64,000 nt of DNA from assembly GCF_025993685.1 (NCBI RefSeq), contig NZ_DAJPEN010000001.1, positions 301,708 to 365,707 on the forward strand. The letters are read 5' to 3'. Made by a program: the position numbers and the translations under genes. This stretch comes from Bacteroides mediterraneensis. GTDB lineage: Bacteria; Bacteroidota; Bacteroidia; Bacteroidales; Bacteroidaceae. Positions 9,793 through 19,725 of this stretch are shown piece after piece; position 1 is the first letter of the stretch, and the number at the start of each line of letters is the position of its first letter. The notes beneath the pieces are model-generated. The model did not search any database. It worked only from the letters and a program-made list of their open reading frames with translations, and was not told where the DNA came from.

Positions 9793-11817
9793 ATGAAACG
9801 TTTTGCAAAATATTTATTTTTAATAATGGGTAGTGCTATGATACTGCCTTCTTGTAATGATTTTCTTGATAGAGAACCATTGGATAGTGTGACACCGGAT
9901 AATTTCTTTTATACAGAAGGAGATTTGGCGGCATATGCAGTTAAGCATTATAACTTTAATGCACATTCTGGATGGAGTTTAGGTATATGGGGCAATGACA
10001 ATGGAACGGATAATCAGACAGCAACCGGATATGATAACAAATGGATTCCTGGACAATGGAAAACTGTAGAATCATATAGTACAGCATCAAACGATCCTTG
10101 GTATTTCTACGATATCCGAGAACTGAATTATTTCCTCGAAATCGTAGTGCCACGTCATGAAAAAGGAGAAATTGAAGGTTCTACAACGAACATCAATCAT
10201 TATATTGGAGAGATTTATTTCTTAAGAGCTAAAAATTATTTTGATAAAATGCAGGCTTTAGGTGATTTCCCGATTGTAACGGAAACTTTGCCGGATGAAA
10301 TGGAACCGTTGACTGAAGCCAGTAAGCGTCAGCCCCAGAACAAGGTGGCCAGATTTATCATTGAAGATTTGGACAAAGCCATTTCTTTGTTGAGTAATAA
10401 TATTAGTGGTGGAAAGAATCGGATTACAAAGAATGCAGCGTTGTTGTTAAAGTCGAGAGTTGCTTTGTATGAAGGTTCATGGTTGAAATATCATAAGGGA
10501 ACGGCCTTGGTGCCTGGCGGACCCGATTGGCCAGGAAAAGCTGAAGATGTAGCTGGTTTCAATATTGATGAGGAAATAAAATATTTCCTTGGTCAGGCAA
10601 AAGATGCTGCAAAACAAGTGATTGACAATGTCCCATTGTCTCAGAATACAGCTGTAAGTTGTACAGATGAAATTGTACCGACAGATCAGAATCAGTATAA
10701 GATGAGTAATCCTTATTTTGCTCAGTTCTCTGCCAATAGTTTGGAAGAATATTCTGAGATTATTTTGTGGAAGGACTATGATTTGGATCAGTATAATATC
10801 GTGCATTCTGCTCCATATTATATCCGTGTAGGCGGTAATAGTGGATTTACACGTCAGTATGTAGAAACGTTCTTGTGCAGAGATGGAAAACCTATTTATG
10901 CGAGCGACCAGTATAAAGGCGATGGTTCCTTAATGGATGTCAGAAAGAACAGAGATTTACGTCTCCAGTTGTTCATGATGACACCAGGTGAAATCCTTAC
11001 TCCAGAACCTTTGAAAGATGCTGATGGCAACAGTTATAATGATACTCTTGCCCTTGCTCCGAATATTTTGGATATCACTGAAAAGAAATGTGTAACGGGT
11101 TATCAGTTAAGAAAAGGACTTTCTGATAATTGGTATAGAGATGGTAATACGGCTATCGAAGGTTGTCCTATTTATCGAGCAACTGAAGCTTATCTGAATT
11201 ATATCGAGGCATCCGCAATTGAAACTGATGGACAGTCTATCGATGCAAATGCACAGAAATATTGGGGCGATCTAAGAGAAAGAGCAGGTTTGCCGCGTGA
11301 TTATATGGTTACGGTGAATAGTACTGATTTGTCTAAAGAAAGTGACTGGGCAGTTTATTCTCATGGACAAAAGGTGACTTCTCTTATGTATAACATCAGA
11401 AGAGAACGTAGATGTGAACTTATCGAAGAAGGTTTCCGTATGAATGATTTGCGTAGATGGAGAGCTTTGGATCAGGTAAAGAATTTCTGGCCAGAAGGTG
11501 TCAATTTGTGGGAATCTGAATTGAAGAATATGTACAATGATAAGGCTACAGGTAAGACTCAGTTGATTGGTGATGAAAGTGCCAGTGCTAATGTGTCAAG
11601 TTATGAGAATTCTGGTAAATATTTATCACCATATAGAATTCTTAAAGCGAATAACTTGATGTATGATGCAGGATACAGTTGGTGTGAGGCTCATTATCTT
11701 TCACCTGTTTCCATTAAGCATTTCCGGATTACTTCCAGTGGAGATGATTTGAGTACATCTACAATATATCAAAATCCAGGATGGCCACTTGAGGCAGATC
11801 AAGCTCCTAAGTTCTAA
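9793..11817 (+). CDS. susD: SusD/RagB family lipoprotein
   Basis: Lipobox 'LPSC' followed by 'NDFLDREP'; 'GEIYFLRA', 'RRERRCEL..EGFRMNDLRRW', 'QNPGW'. Confidence 0.96.
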   Translation: MKRFAKYLFLIMGSAMILPSCNDFLDREPLDSVTPDNFFYTEGDLAAYAVKHYNFNAHSGWSLGIWGNDNGTDNQTATGYDNKWIPGQWKTVESYSTASNDPWYFYDIRELNYFLEIVVPRHEKGEIEGSTTNINHYIGEIYFLRAKNYFDKMQALGDFPIVTETLPDEMEPLTEASKRQPQNKVARFIIEDLDKAISLLSNNISGGKNRITKNAALLLKSRVALYEGSWLKYHKGTALVPGGPDWPGKAEDVAGFNIDEEIKYFLGQAKDAAKQVIDNVPLSQNTAVSCTDEIVPTDQNQYKMSNPYFAQFSANSLEEYSEIILWKDYDLDQYNIVHSAPYYIRVGGNSGFTRQYVETFLCRDGKPIYASDQYKGDGSLMDVRKNRDLRLQLFMMTPGEILTPEPLKDADGNSYNDTLALAPNILDITEKKCVTGYQLRKGLSDNWYRDGNTAIEGCPIYRATEAYLNYIEASAIETDGQSIDANAQKYWGDLRERAGLPRDYMVTVNSTDLSKESDWAVYSHGQKVTSLMYNIRRERRCELIEEGFRMNDLRRWRALDQVKNFWPEGVNLWESELKNMYNDKATGKTQLIGDESASANVSSYENSGKYLSPYRILKANNLMYDAGYSWCEAHYLSPVSIKHFRITSSGDDLSTSTIYQNPGWPLEADQAPKF

Positions 11818-11839
11818 CATGGTTTGTTGATAAAATATG

Positions 11840-11883
11840 CAAAGGTTGTATCGCAGGAAATAATTTTTGGGATACGACCTTTG
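11840..11883 (+). terminator. Stem-loop after susD (terminator or RNA-stabilising hairpin)
   Basis: caaaggttgtatc ... gatacgacctttg followed by T-rich sequence. Confidence 0.6.
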
Positions 11884-12121
11884 TTTTATGTAGAAAGGAG
11901 AAAAAGTTGATATACTGAATTTGAAAGAAGATATTATCTCCCTTAAATCTTCTTTTTATTGTTAAATCATAAATCTAATAATTTAGTTACTAGTATGAGA
12001 GGCAAAAATACAAGTGCCTGACAGCGAAACAGGGAAAGCCTGTTATATTAATACGGAATATGAATTACCTCAAGAAATAAGAGCTTAATATTCTTATCTC
12101 AGAGATTTAATGATGTAAATA

Positions 12122-14557
12122 ATGAAAAAGATTTATCTTACAGCAATAGGCCTTATCACTTCTTTAAGTTTGTTTGCACAACGTAGTGAGCAATCTTTGG
12201 AACAAGGCTGGAGATTTACTAAAGGCGAAGTGTCGGGAGCTGAAAAAATCGATTTTAATGATTCTCGTTGGGAAAGTGTTACAGTTCCACATGACTGGGC
12301 TATATATGGTCCGTTCGATGTGAATAACGATCTTCAGAATGTGGCGGTTACACAGAATTTCGAAACACAGGCTAGTCTGAAGACAGGTCGTACAGGAGGT
12401 TTGCCGTATGTGGGAGTAGGTTGGTATCGTACATTCTTTGAATCAGAACCAGGGAAAAATACTACACTTGTATTCGACGGAGCCATGAGTGAGGCTCGTG
12501 TCTATGTAAATGAGAAAGAGGTCTGTTTCTGGCCTTGTGGTTATAATTCTTTCCATTGTGACGTTACAGGGCTTGTGAATACAGATGGAAAGAATAATCT
12601 ACTGGCTGTTCGCCTTGAGAACCGTCCTCAGTCGTCACGTTGGTACCCTGGGGCAGGTATTTATCGTCATGTACGTGTGATAAGTACAAATAAGGTGCAT
12701 ATTCCTGTATGGGGTACACAAATTACTACGCCTCATGTAAAGAAGGATTATGCATCAGTTTGTCTTCGTACTACGATTCTGAATTCAGACAATGCTCTCC
12801 TTACGTTGGAAACTGACATCCTTGATTCTGAAGGAAATGTAGTAGTTTCTAAGACCAATAAAGGAATTATTCATCATGGTCAGCCTTTTATACAAAATTT
12901 TATAGTGAATAATCCACAGCTATGGTCGCCTGAATCGCCTGTACTTTACAAGGCGGTAACTAAAATATATTCATCGGATACACTTCTTGATACTTATACT
13001 ACACGCTTTGGTATTCGTACTATTGAATATGTAGCTGAGAAAGGATTTTATCTTAACGGTAAGCATCGCAAGTTTCAGGGCGTGTGCAATCATCATGATC
13101 TTGGGCCGCTTGGAGCTGCCATTAATGTTTCTGCTCTTCGCCACCAGCTTAGGTTGTTGAAGGATATGGGTTGTGATGCCATACGTACCGCACATAACAT
13201 GCCTGCACCTGAACTGGTTTCTCTATGTGATGAAATGGGGTTCATGATGATGCTTGAGCCATTCGATGAATGGGATATTGCGAAGTGTGACAATGGCTAT
13301 CATCGATTCTTTAATGAATGGGCAGAAAAGGATCTGGTGAACATGTTACATCAATACAGAAACAATCCAAGTGTTGTAATGTGGAGTATTGGTAATGAAG
13401 TTCCTACGCAGTGGAGTGCCGATGGCTATAAGGTTGCAAAATTCCTTCAGGACATTTGTCACCGTGAGGATCCTACCCGTCCTGTCACCTGTGGTATGGA
13501 CCAGGTACAGAGTGTATTGGGCAACGGTTTTGCAGCTATGCTTGATATTCCGGGTTTCAATTACCGTGCACACATGTACGATGAAGCCTATGAGCGTCTG
13601 CCGCAGAATATTATACTCGGTTCAGAAACATCATCAACAGTAAGTTCTCGCGGTGTATATAAGCTACCAGCAGAACGAAAGGCAGGAGCAATGTACGATG
13701 ATCATCAATCTTCTTCCTATGATCTTGAATATTGCACATGGTCCAATATCCCTGATATAGACTTTGTTCGTGCCGATGATCATGAATGGACAATAGGTCA
13801 ATTTGTTTGGACTGGTTTTGATTATCTTGGTGAACCCAGTCCATACGATACAAATGCTTGGCCTAATCACAGTTCCATGTTTGGAATCATAGATCTTGCT
13901 TCTATTCCTAAAGATAGATATTATCTTTATCGCAGTGTATGGAATAAAAATGTAGAGACTCTTCATATTCTTCCTCACTGGAACTGGGAAGGGTATGAAG
14001 GACAGAAAGTTCCTGTATTCGTATATACCAACTATCCCAGTGCTGAACTATTTATCAATGGTAAAAGCTATGGCCGACAGACAAAACACAAGGACGGAAC
14101 GGTAGAGAACCGTTACCGCCTTATGTGGTATAATACTATATATGAACCAGGTGAAGTTAAGGTAATCGCTTATGATGATAACAATAAAGCTGTAGCAGAG
14201 AAAGTAGTTAATACAGCAGGTAAGCCTCATCATATAGAACTATCTACAGATTATTCTGTCCTTAAAGCCAATGGAAAGGATCTTGCTTATGTTACATTAA
14301 AAGTTGTTGACAAAGATGGTAATCTTTGTCCAACCGACAGTCGTCTTGTTAATTTTAAGGTTAGAGGTGCTGGTAAGTACCGTGCTTCAGCTAATGGTGA
14401 TCCTACTTGCCTTGATCTTTTCCATCTCCCTAGGATGCATGTATTCAGTGGTATGCTTACGGTGATAGTGCAGTCAAGTGAGAAAGCTGGTGTAATTGAA
14501 CTTCGGGCTTCTGCGAAAGGGGTGAAGGCTGGAAAGATTAAAATTAATGTAAAATAA
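12122..14557 (+). CDS. GH2 beta-galactosidase, secreted
   Basis: Signal peptide; 'SSRWYPGAGIYR', 'GVCNHHDLGPLG', 'NAIRT'-type 'DAIRTAHN', acid/base 'WSIGNE', 'WTGFDYLGE'. Confidence 0.93.
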   Translation: MKKIYLTAIGLITSLSLFAQRSEQSLEQGWRFTKGEVSGAEKIDFNDSRWESVTVPHDWAIYGPFDVNNDLQNVAVTQNFETQASLKTGRTGGLPYVGVGWYRTFFESEPGKNTTLVFDGAMSEARVYVNEKEVCFWPCGYNSFHCDVTGLVNTDGKNNLLAVRLENRPQSSRWYPGAGIYRHVRVISTNKVHIPVWGTQITTPHVKKDYASVCLRTTILNSDNALLTLETDILDSEGNVVVSKTNKGIIHHGQPFIQNFIVNNPQLWSPESPVLYKAVTKIYSSDTLLDTYTTRFGIRTIEYVAEKGFYLNGKHRKFQGVCNHHDLGPLGAAINVSALRHQLRLLKDMGCDAIRTAHNMPAPELVSLCDEMGFMMMLEPFDEWDIAKCDNGYHRFFNEWAEKDLVNMLHQYRNNPSVVMWSIGNEVPTQWSADGYKVAKFLQDICHREDPTRPVTCGMDQVQSVLGNGFAAMLDIPGFNYRAHMYDEAYERLPQNIILGSETSSTVSSRGVYKLPAERKAGAMYDDHQSSSYDLEYCTWSNIPDIDFVRADDHEWTIGQFVWTGFDYLGEPSPYDTNAWPNHSSMFGIIDLASIPKDRYYLYRSVWNKNVETLHILPHWNWEGYEGQKVPVFVYTNYPSAELFINGKSYGRQTKHKDGTVENRYRLMWYNTIYEPGEVKVIAYDDNNKAVAEKVVNTAGKPHHIELSTDYSVLKANGKDLAYVTLKVVDKDGNLCPTDSRLVNFKVRGAGKYRASANGDPTCLDLFHLPRMHVFSGMLTVIVQSSEKAGVIELRASAKGVKAGKIKINVK

Positions 14558-14738
14558 ATTGCGGGTGTTCCGTTTTATGTTCTAATTATATCGATACAAA
14601 GATTGTTTAAATATTACAGAAAGATGTTACCCCTTTAAATTTTTAAATGTGAATATTACATTTAATTATTTTCAGCTTGTGGGTTATAGTTCATAGAATG
14701 AAATATTTCAATTTATAGAATAAAAACTTTTGTGAAAT

Positions 14739-16385
14739 ATGTTGACCTTTAAACAATTTAATTTTTTGTTCTTTTTTACTATATCTTTTTGGGGAACGTT
14801 AAGTTCTCAGAATGTTAGTAATGATTTTATGGATAGGTCGCCTATTAAATCGGCTATAATTACTGATTATGAATATAAAGATACCATACCATCTGAATGT
14901 GGGTTAATCAGATTAAAGAATGGTAAGGTTGTTTTTATGACAAGGCATGAAAAAAAGATGACCCCCTTTTATATAAAGGCCATAGAGACTGGATATTGGG
15001 ATACAAGATATGAAAGTAACATTGACTATAATTCCGTTTTCTCTGATATGGTCAGTATGGGAGCCAATACGGCCTATGTTATGATACACTGGGAGGAAAT
15101 AGAACCCAGTGATAATTGTTTTAACTTTACATTTACTGACAGTATTGAAAAATACGCCCGAAATAATGGTATAAAAATAAATTGGGTATTGTTTCTGCAT
15201 GCACAATATAACGGTGTTCCGTTACCGGATTGTACAAATTCATGGACTTTCCATCTTGACGACAGGGATTCATGCAATTACACTATGCAGTGGGCAAAAC
15301 AGAATGGGGTGGTGTATAAAGATATTAAAACGCTTGTGGAAAAAGGTGGAATAAGACCCTTGCATGTTTATGGACATAAAGAAATATTTTACCGAATAAA
15401 ACGTATGCTTAGGGAACTGGCTTCTCATTACAGAAATAGTGATACTGTAATAGGAGTACAACTTGGAAATGAAGAGGGATTCAGTTTCTTGGATGAGAGT
15501 GATTATAACCCTGTAACAGCCGCTTTGTATGAGGAGTGGAAACTAAAGACAAACAAAACTGATTATGCTCAATTCAAGCGAGAAGCTATGAACTGGTGGT
15601 GGAAACAGTTTACAACGGCTTTTCATGAAGTGGATCCATATAAGATGTTGTCGACAAATTTGGATGCAGGACAGGCAGAGGCTGGTGATGAACTGCGTAT
15701 GGATATGACTGGTACTAGTACTTCTTTCTATGAAGATGGTAATTTGGATGTGATAGGCACTATGTTGTATAAACAGTATGGGTATAAAGCGATTAAAGGT
15801 CTTGATAAAAGATATGATGGAGGCAGATATTCTTATGAGTTGCCAATATTGGTTCCTTCAGAAATAGGAATTGGCAGATTTAATAAGAATGAAGATTTCA
15901 ATAGTTTTGTAATGCATACTTTAGAAAGGGCTGCTCAAGGCTTCGGAGTCTATTGTTATGGTGAGGTTCGAAAGGAACATGCAGATTCATTATTGGCACG
16001 GAGAACACTGATGGAGATGTTTGCCAATATCGAACAGAATGAAGATATAATATTCGGCGGATTACCTGGTCCTGGCTATGTAAGATGTTTCTCTGAATAT
16101 AAAAAATTGAAAATTAGTCATCTCAATATTGACAACAGGGAGACTCTTGTTATGATATACGTACCTACATTTGAAGTGGAAAACGAAATGAATCAAACAG
16201 ACATAGGGAATTTAAAGTTATTTCTCCACTCTAAAATCGATGGGAAATATGAAATGAAGGTTTATAAATCAGGCAAGTGTATTCAAAAAACAGCATTGTT
16301 GCTGGACAAAAATAAGCCTGTGAAAATTGCAGTTGATGATAAATTTGATTCTACACCAATATTTATAAAAATAAAAATGAAATAA
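14739..16385 (+). CDS. Putative clan GH-A glycoside hydrolase (GH35/GH42-like, family unassigned)
   Basis: Signal peptide; 'MGANT..V.IHWEEIEP..NCFNF', acid/base-like 'GVQLGNE', nucleophile-like 'PILVPSEIG'. Confidence 0.65.
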   Translation: MLTFKQFNFLFFFTISFWGTLSSQNVSNDFMDRSPIKSAIITDYEYKDTIPSECGLIRLKNGKVVFMTRHEKKMTPFYIKAIETGYWDTRYESNIDYNSVFSDMVSMGANTAYVMIHWEEIEPSDNCFNFTFTDSIEKYARNNGIKINWVLFLHAQYNGVPLPDCTNSWTFHLDDRDSCNYTMQWAKQNGVVYKDIKTLVEKGGIRPLHVYGHKEIFYRIKRMLRELASHYRNSDTVIGVQLGNEEGFSFLDESDYNPVTAALYEEWKLKTNKTDYAQFKREAMNWWWKQFTTAFHEVDPYKMLSTNLDAGQAEAGDELRMDMTGTSTSFYEDGNLDVIGTMLYKQYGYKAIKGLDKRYDGGRYSYELPILVPSEIGIGRFNKNEDFNSFVMHTLERAAQGFGVYCYGEVRKEHADSLLARRTLMEMFANIEQNEDIIFGGLPGPGYVRCFSEYKKLKISHLNIDNRETLVMIYVPTFEVENEMNQTDIGNLKLFLHSKIDGKYEMKVYKSGKCIQKTALLLDKNKPVKIAVDDKFDSTPIFIKIKMK

Positions 16386-16394
16386 AATATAGTT

Positions 16395-17963
16395 ATGAAC
16401 AAGTTGCAAATAGCTACACTTATCATACCATTTCTATCTACGAATGTGTATGCGGAAATAGAAAAAACTCCTAATATCGTTCTTATTCTGTGTGATGATA
16501 TGGGCTTTTCAGACCTTGGTTGTTATGGTAGTGAGATAAAAACGCCCAATATTGATAAGCTTGCTCAGGAAGGAGTGCGTTTTAGTCAATTTAAGAATAC
16601 AGGACGAAGTTGTCCCAGTCGTGCAGCCTTACTTACTGGAAGATACCAGCATCAGGCGGGTATGGGATGGATGGCCGAAGTAGACGAACATAGACCTGGT
16701 TATCGTGGACAGATAGATAAAGAATATCCGACTATTGCCGAAATTATGAAGGAAGGAGGATATAGTACGTATATGAGTGGAAAATGGCACGTAACCACGA
16801 CTGGAGCCTATGATGCACCTAATGGAAGTTATCCTGTGCAGAGAGGTTTTGATAGATATTATGGTTGCCTTCATGGTGGAGGAAGCTATTATAAGCCGAG
16901 TCCAGTATATAATAATTTAGATAGGATTACCAATCTGCCTGATGACTATTATTACACGCAGGCTATTACTGATTCTGCGGTTAGTTTTGTAAATAAACAT
17001 GACTGTAAGACTCCCATGTTTCTTTATGTGGCTCATTATGCGCCTCATTTGCCTTTGCAAGCTCCTCAAAAATATATAGACAAATGCATTGACAGATATA
17101 AAGTCGGTTATGATGTATTGCGTAAACAAAGATTTGAGAAACAAAAACAGTTACAACTTGTACCTGATGAGATGGAACTTCCTTTATTCAATAAGGAATT
17201 TGGTGGAAAGCGTCCTGCATGGGAAGAACTTACTACTGAGCAGCAACACAAATGGATAAATGATATGGCCACGTATGCAGCCATGATAGAAATTATGGAT
17301 GAAGGTATAGGGAAGTTGGTTGACGCCATAAAGAAAAAAGGAATGTATGAAAATACAGTATTTATCTTCTTGAGTGATAACGGTGCTACTGATGAAGGAG
17401 GATACATTGGTCAGTTGATGTCGGATTTGTCGAATACTCCATATCGTAGTTATAAGAAATGGGTATTCCAAGGTGGAACAAGCACACCATTCATTCTTAC
17501 TTATGGAAATAGAAGTAAAAATAAGATGCAAGGAAAGGTTTGTAATCAGCCGGCACATATTATTGATGTTTTGCCTACATGTATGGCAATAGGAGGTATG
17601 AAATATCCGCAAAAATATTCTCATGCTGATTTGGAAGGGAAGAATTTATTGCCAGCTTCTGAAGGTAAGTCTATAGAAAAAAGGACATTATACTTCGAAC
17701 ACCAGAGTTCATGTGCGATTATTGATGGAACATGGAAACTTGTAAAAGCTAACCGGAATGAGCAGTGGGAATTAATAAATTTAGATGAAGATCCGTTTGA
17801 AACGAATGATTTGGCTGATAAATATCCGGATAAGGTTGAAGAACTTGAGACTAAATGGATTGAATGGGCTAATACTCATAAAGTTTTTCCATTAGAAGAT
17901 AAAACATGGACAGAAAGATTGAATTTCTATAGGGCTAAGAATCCAAATCAAAAGGGAGAATAA
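16395..17963 (+). CDS. Sulfatase S1 (Ser-type, AtsA/S1_4-like)
   Basis: 'PNIVLILCDDMG', 'SCPSRAALLTG', 'GKWH', 'APHLPLQAP', 'SDNG'. Confidence 0.93.
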   Translation: MNKLQIATLIIPFLSTNVYAEIEKTPNIVLILCDDMGFSDLGCYGSEIKTPNIDKLAQEGVRFSQFKNTGRSCPSRAALLTGRYQHQAGMGWMAEVDEHRPGYRGQIDKEYPTIAEIMKEGGYSTYMSGKWHVTTTGAYDAPNGSYPVQRGFDRYYGCLHGGGSYYKPSPVYNNLDRITNLPDDYYYTQAITDSAVSFVNKHDCKTPMFLYVAHYAPHLPLQAPQKYIDKCIDRYKVGYDVLRKQRFEKQKQLQLVPDEMELPLFNKEFGGKRPAWEELTTEQQHKWINDMATYAAMIEIMDEGIGKLVDAIKKKGMYENTVFIFLSDNGATDEGGYIGQLMSDLSNTPYRSYKKWVFQGGTSTPFILTYGNRSKNKMQGKVCNQPAHIIDVLPTCMAIGGMKYPQKYSHADLEGKNLLPASEGKSIEKRTLYFEHQSSCAIIDGTWKLVKANRNEQWELINLDEDPFETNDLADKYPDKVEELETKWIEWANTHKVFPLEDKTWTERLNFYRAKNPNQKGE

Positions 17964-17972
17964 TAATACACC

Positions 17973-18094
17973 AGAGTGCCAAACATGTCCATAGGATGAG
18001 GGATATTGGATGACAAAAGAAAGATAGGTATTGTGTCTTATATACAAATTTTTATACATTTATTAGATATCATTCTTATGGCATGTGGCACTCT
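17973..18094. repeat. Long imperfect inverted repeat between two sulfatase genes
   Basis: agagtgccaaacatgtccataggatga ... tcattcttatggcatgtggcactct. Confidence 0.6.
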
Positions 18095-18100
18095 TAAAAA

Positions 18101-19666
18101 ATGAATATTATGAAAACAGTATTTTTTCCTTTATTAGCTTGTAATTTGTGGGCTATAAATTCTGTTGTAGCTCAAAATGCCAGGCCTAATATTATAATGT
18201 TTTTAGTGGATGATATGGGCTGGCAGGACACTTCTGTCCCGTTCAATGGCAATGAAGTTTCAGCTTTGAATTTACGTTACCAAACGCCCAATATGGAAAG
18301 ATTGGCAAGGCTTGGAGTAAAGTTCACACAAGCTTATTCATGTGCCATATCTTCTCCCACAAGGTGTAGTTTAATGTCAGGAATGAATGCTTCTCGCCAT
18401 AGGGTTACTAACTGGACATTGGAATTTGACCAAAAAACAGACGCAAACAGCGATGTCATTGAATTGCCTGACTGGAATTATAATGGAATACAACCTGAAG
18501 CTACCAAAGGAGTAATAAATAATTCAGTAGCTATTACGTCTTTGCCTCAAATATTGAAGGATAACGGATACAGAACTATTCATTGCGGCAAGGCGCATTT
18601 TGGTGCAAGAACAACTCCTGGGGCTGATCCATCGAATATGGGATTTGATATAAACATTGCGGGAGGTCCTAATGGAGCTCCTGGCAGTTATTTGGGTATA
18701 AAGAATTTCGGCGAAGGCTCTCCCTTTGCCGTCAAGGGTCTTGAAAAGTATCATGGTCAGGATATTTTTTTGACAGAAGCTTTGACAATAGAGGCCATAA
18801 AAGAAATGAAAAAGGCGGTAAATGAAAAAATACCATTCTATTTGTATATGTCACATTATGCTGTCCATACTCCTATAGAAGATGACAAAAGATTCAGCAA
18901 TAATTATAGAGGAAAATATGATAGACAACTTAAATCTAAATTAGGAGAGAAAGAGGCTAAATATGCTGCACTTGTTGAAGGAATGGATAAAAGTTTGGGG
19001 GATATAATGGATTATATTCAGTCGGATCCAAAACTGGCTCAGAATACAATAATATTGTTTATGTCTGATAATGGTGGGCAGGCTTTGGGATATTGCAGGG
19101 AAGGCGTACCTAACAGAGATCCCAATTATCCGGCACGTGCTGGTAAGGGGTCTGCTTTTATGGGAGGGGTAAGAGAACCGATGCTTGTTTACTGGCCAGG
19201 TGTGACTAAGCCCGGCAGTATATGCTTGCAAAAGGTTATTATTGAAGATTTTTACCCTTCTATTATAGAAATGGCAGGAATACACGACTACCATACTGTG
19301 CAGATAGTCGACGGAAAAAGCTTTGTCAGGTGTTTGAAGAATGTAAGTGATATTGATTCTAATAAATCTATAGTGTGGCATTTCCCTAATTTATGGGGAG
19401 AAACTCAGGATATTGAAGAGGGATACGGTGCCTATTCATCAATATTGAAGGGTGATTATCATCTGATATATAATTGGGAAAATGGAAGATTCAGACTCTA
19501 TAATGTAAAGGATGACCTTTCAGAGCAAATCGACTTGTCTGAAAGATTGCCAGAAATAGTGAAAAAGTTGTCATCCGAATTATCGGATTATTTAAGGGAA
19601 AGAAATGCACAAAGACCATCTTTAAAATCTGATGGTAAAATTTTACCTTATCCAGATGGACTGTAA
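18101..19666 (+). CDS. Sulfatase S1 (Ser-type, S1_16-like)
   Basis: 'PNIIMFLVDDMGWQD', 'SSPTRCSLMSG', 'GKAH', 'HYAVHTP', 'SDNGG'. Confidence 0.92.
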   Translation: MNIMKTVFFPLLACNLWAINSVVAQNARPNIIMFLVDDMGWQDTSVPFNGNEVSALNLRYQTPNMERLARLGVKFTQAYSCAISSPTRCSLMSGMNASRHRVTNWTLEFDQKTDANSDVIELPDWNYNGIQPEATKGVINNSVAITSLPQILKDNGYRTIHCGKAHFGARTTPGADPSNMGFDINIAGGPNGAPGSYLGIKNFGEGSPFAVKGLEKYHGQDIFLTEALTIEAIKEMKKAVNEKIPFYLYMSHYAVHTPIEDDKRFSNNYRGKYDRQLKSKLGEKEAKYAALVEGMDKSLGDIMDYIQSDPKLAQNTIILFMSDNGGQALGYCREGVPNRDPNYPARAGKGSAFMGGVREPMLVYWPGVTKPGSICLQKVIIEDFYPSIIEMAGIHDYHTVQIVDGKSFVRCLKNVSDIDSNKSIVWHFPNLWGETQDIEEGYGAYSSILKGDYHLIYNWENGRFRLYNVKDDLSEQIDLSERLPEIVKKLSSELSDYLRERNAQRPSLKSDGKILPYPDGL

Positions 19667-19725
19667 CAGTATGAATTTGAATAACCGAACTGAACATAAT
19701 TCTGTATAACGATTAATTTAATAAC

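Noticed and set aside
16608..16622. Apparent Cys-type sulfatase motif in SCPSR
   Set aside because: In the C/S-x-P-x-R register the catalytic position is Ser and Cys is the variable residue, so all three sulfatases are Ser-type, as is usual in Bacteroides.
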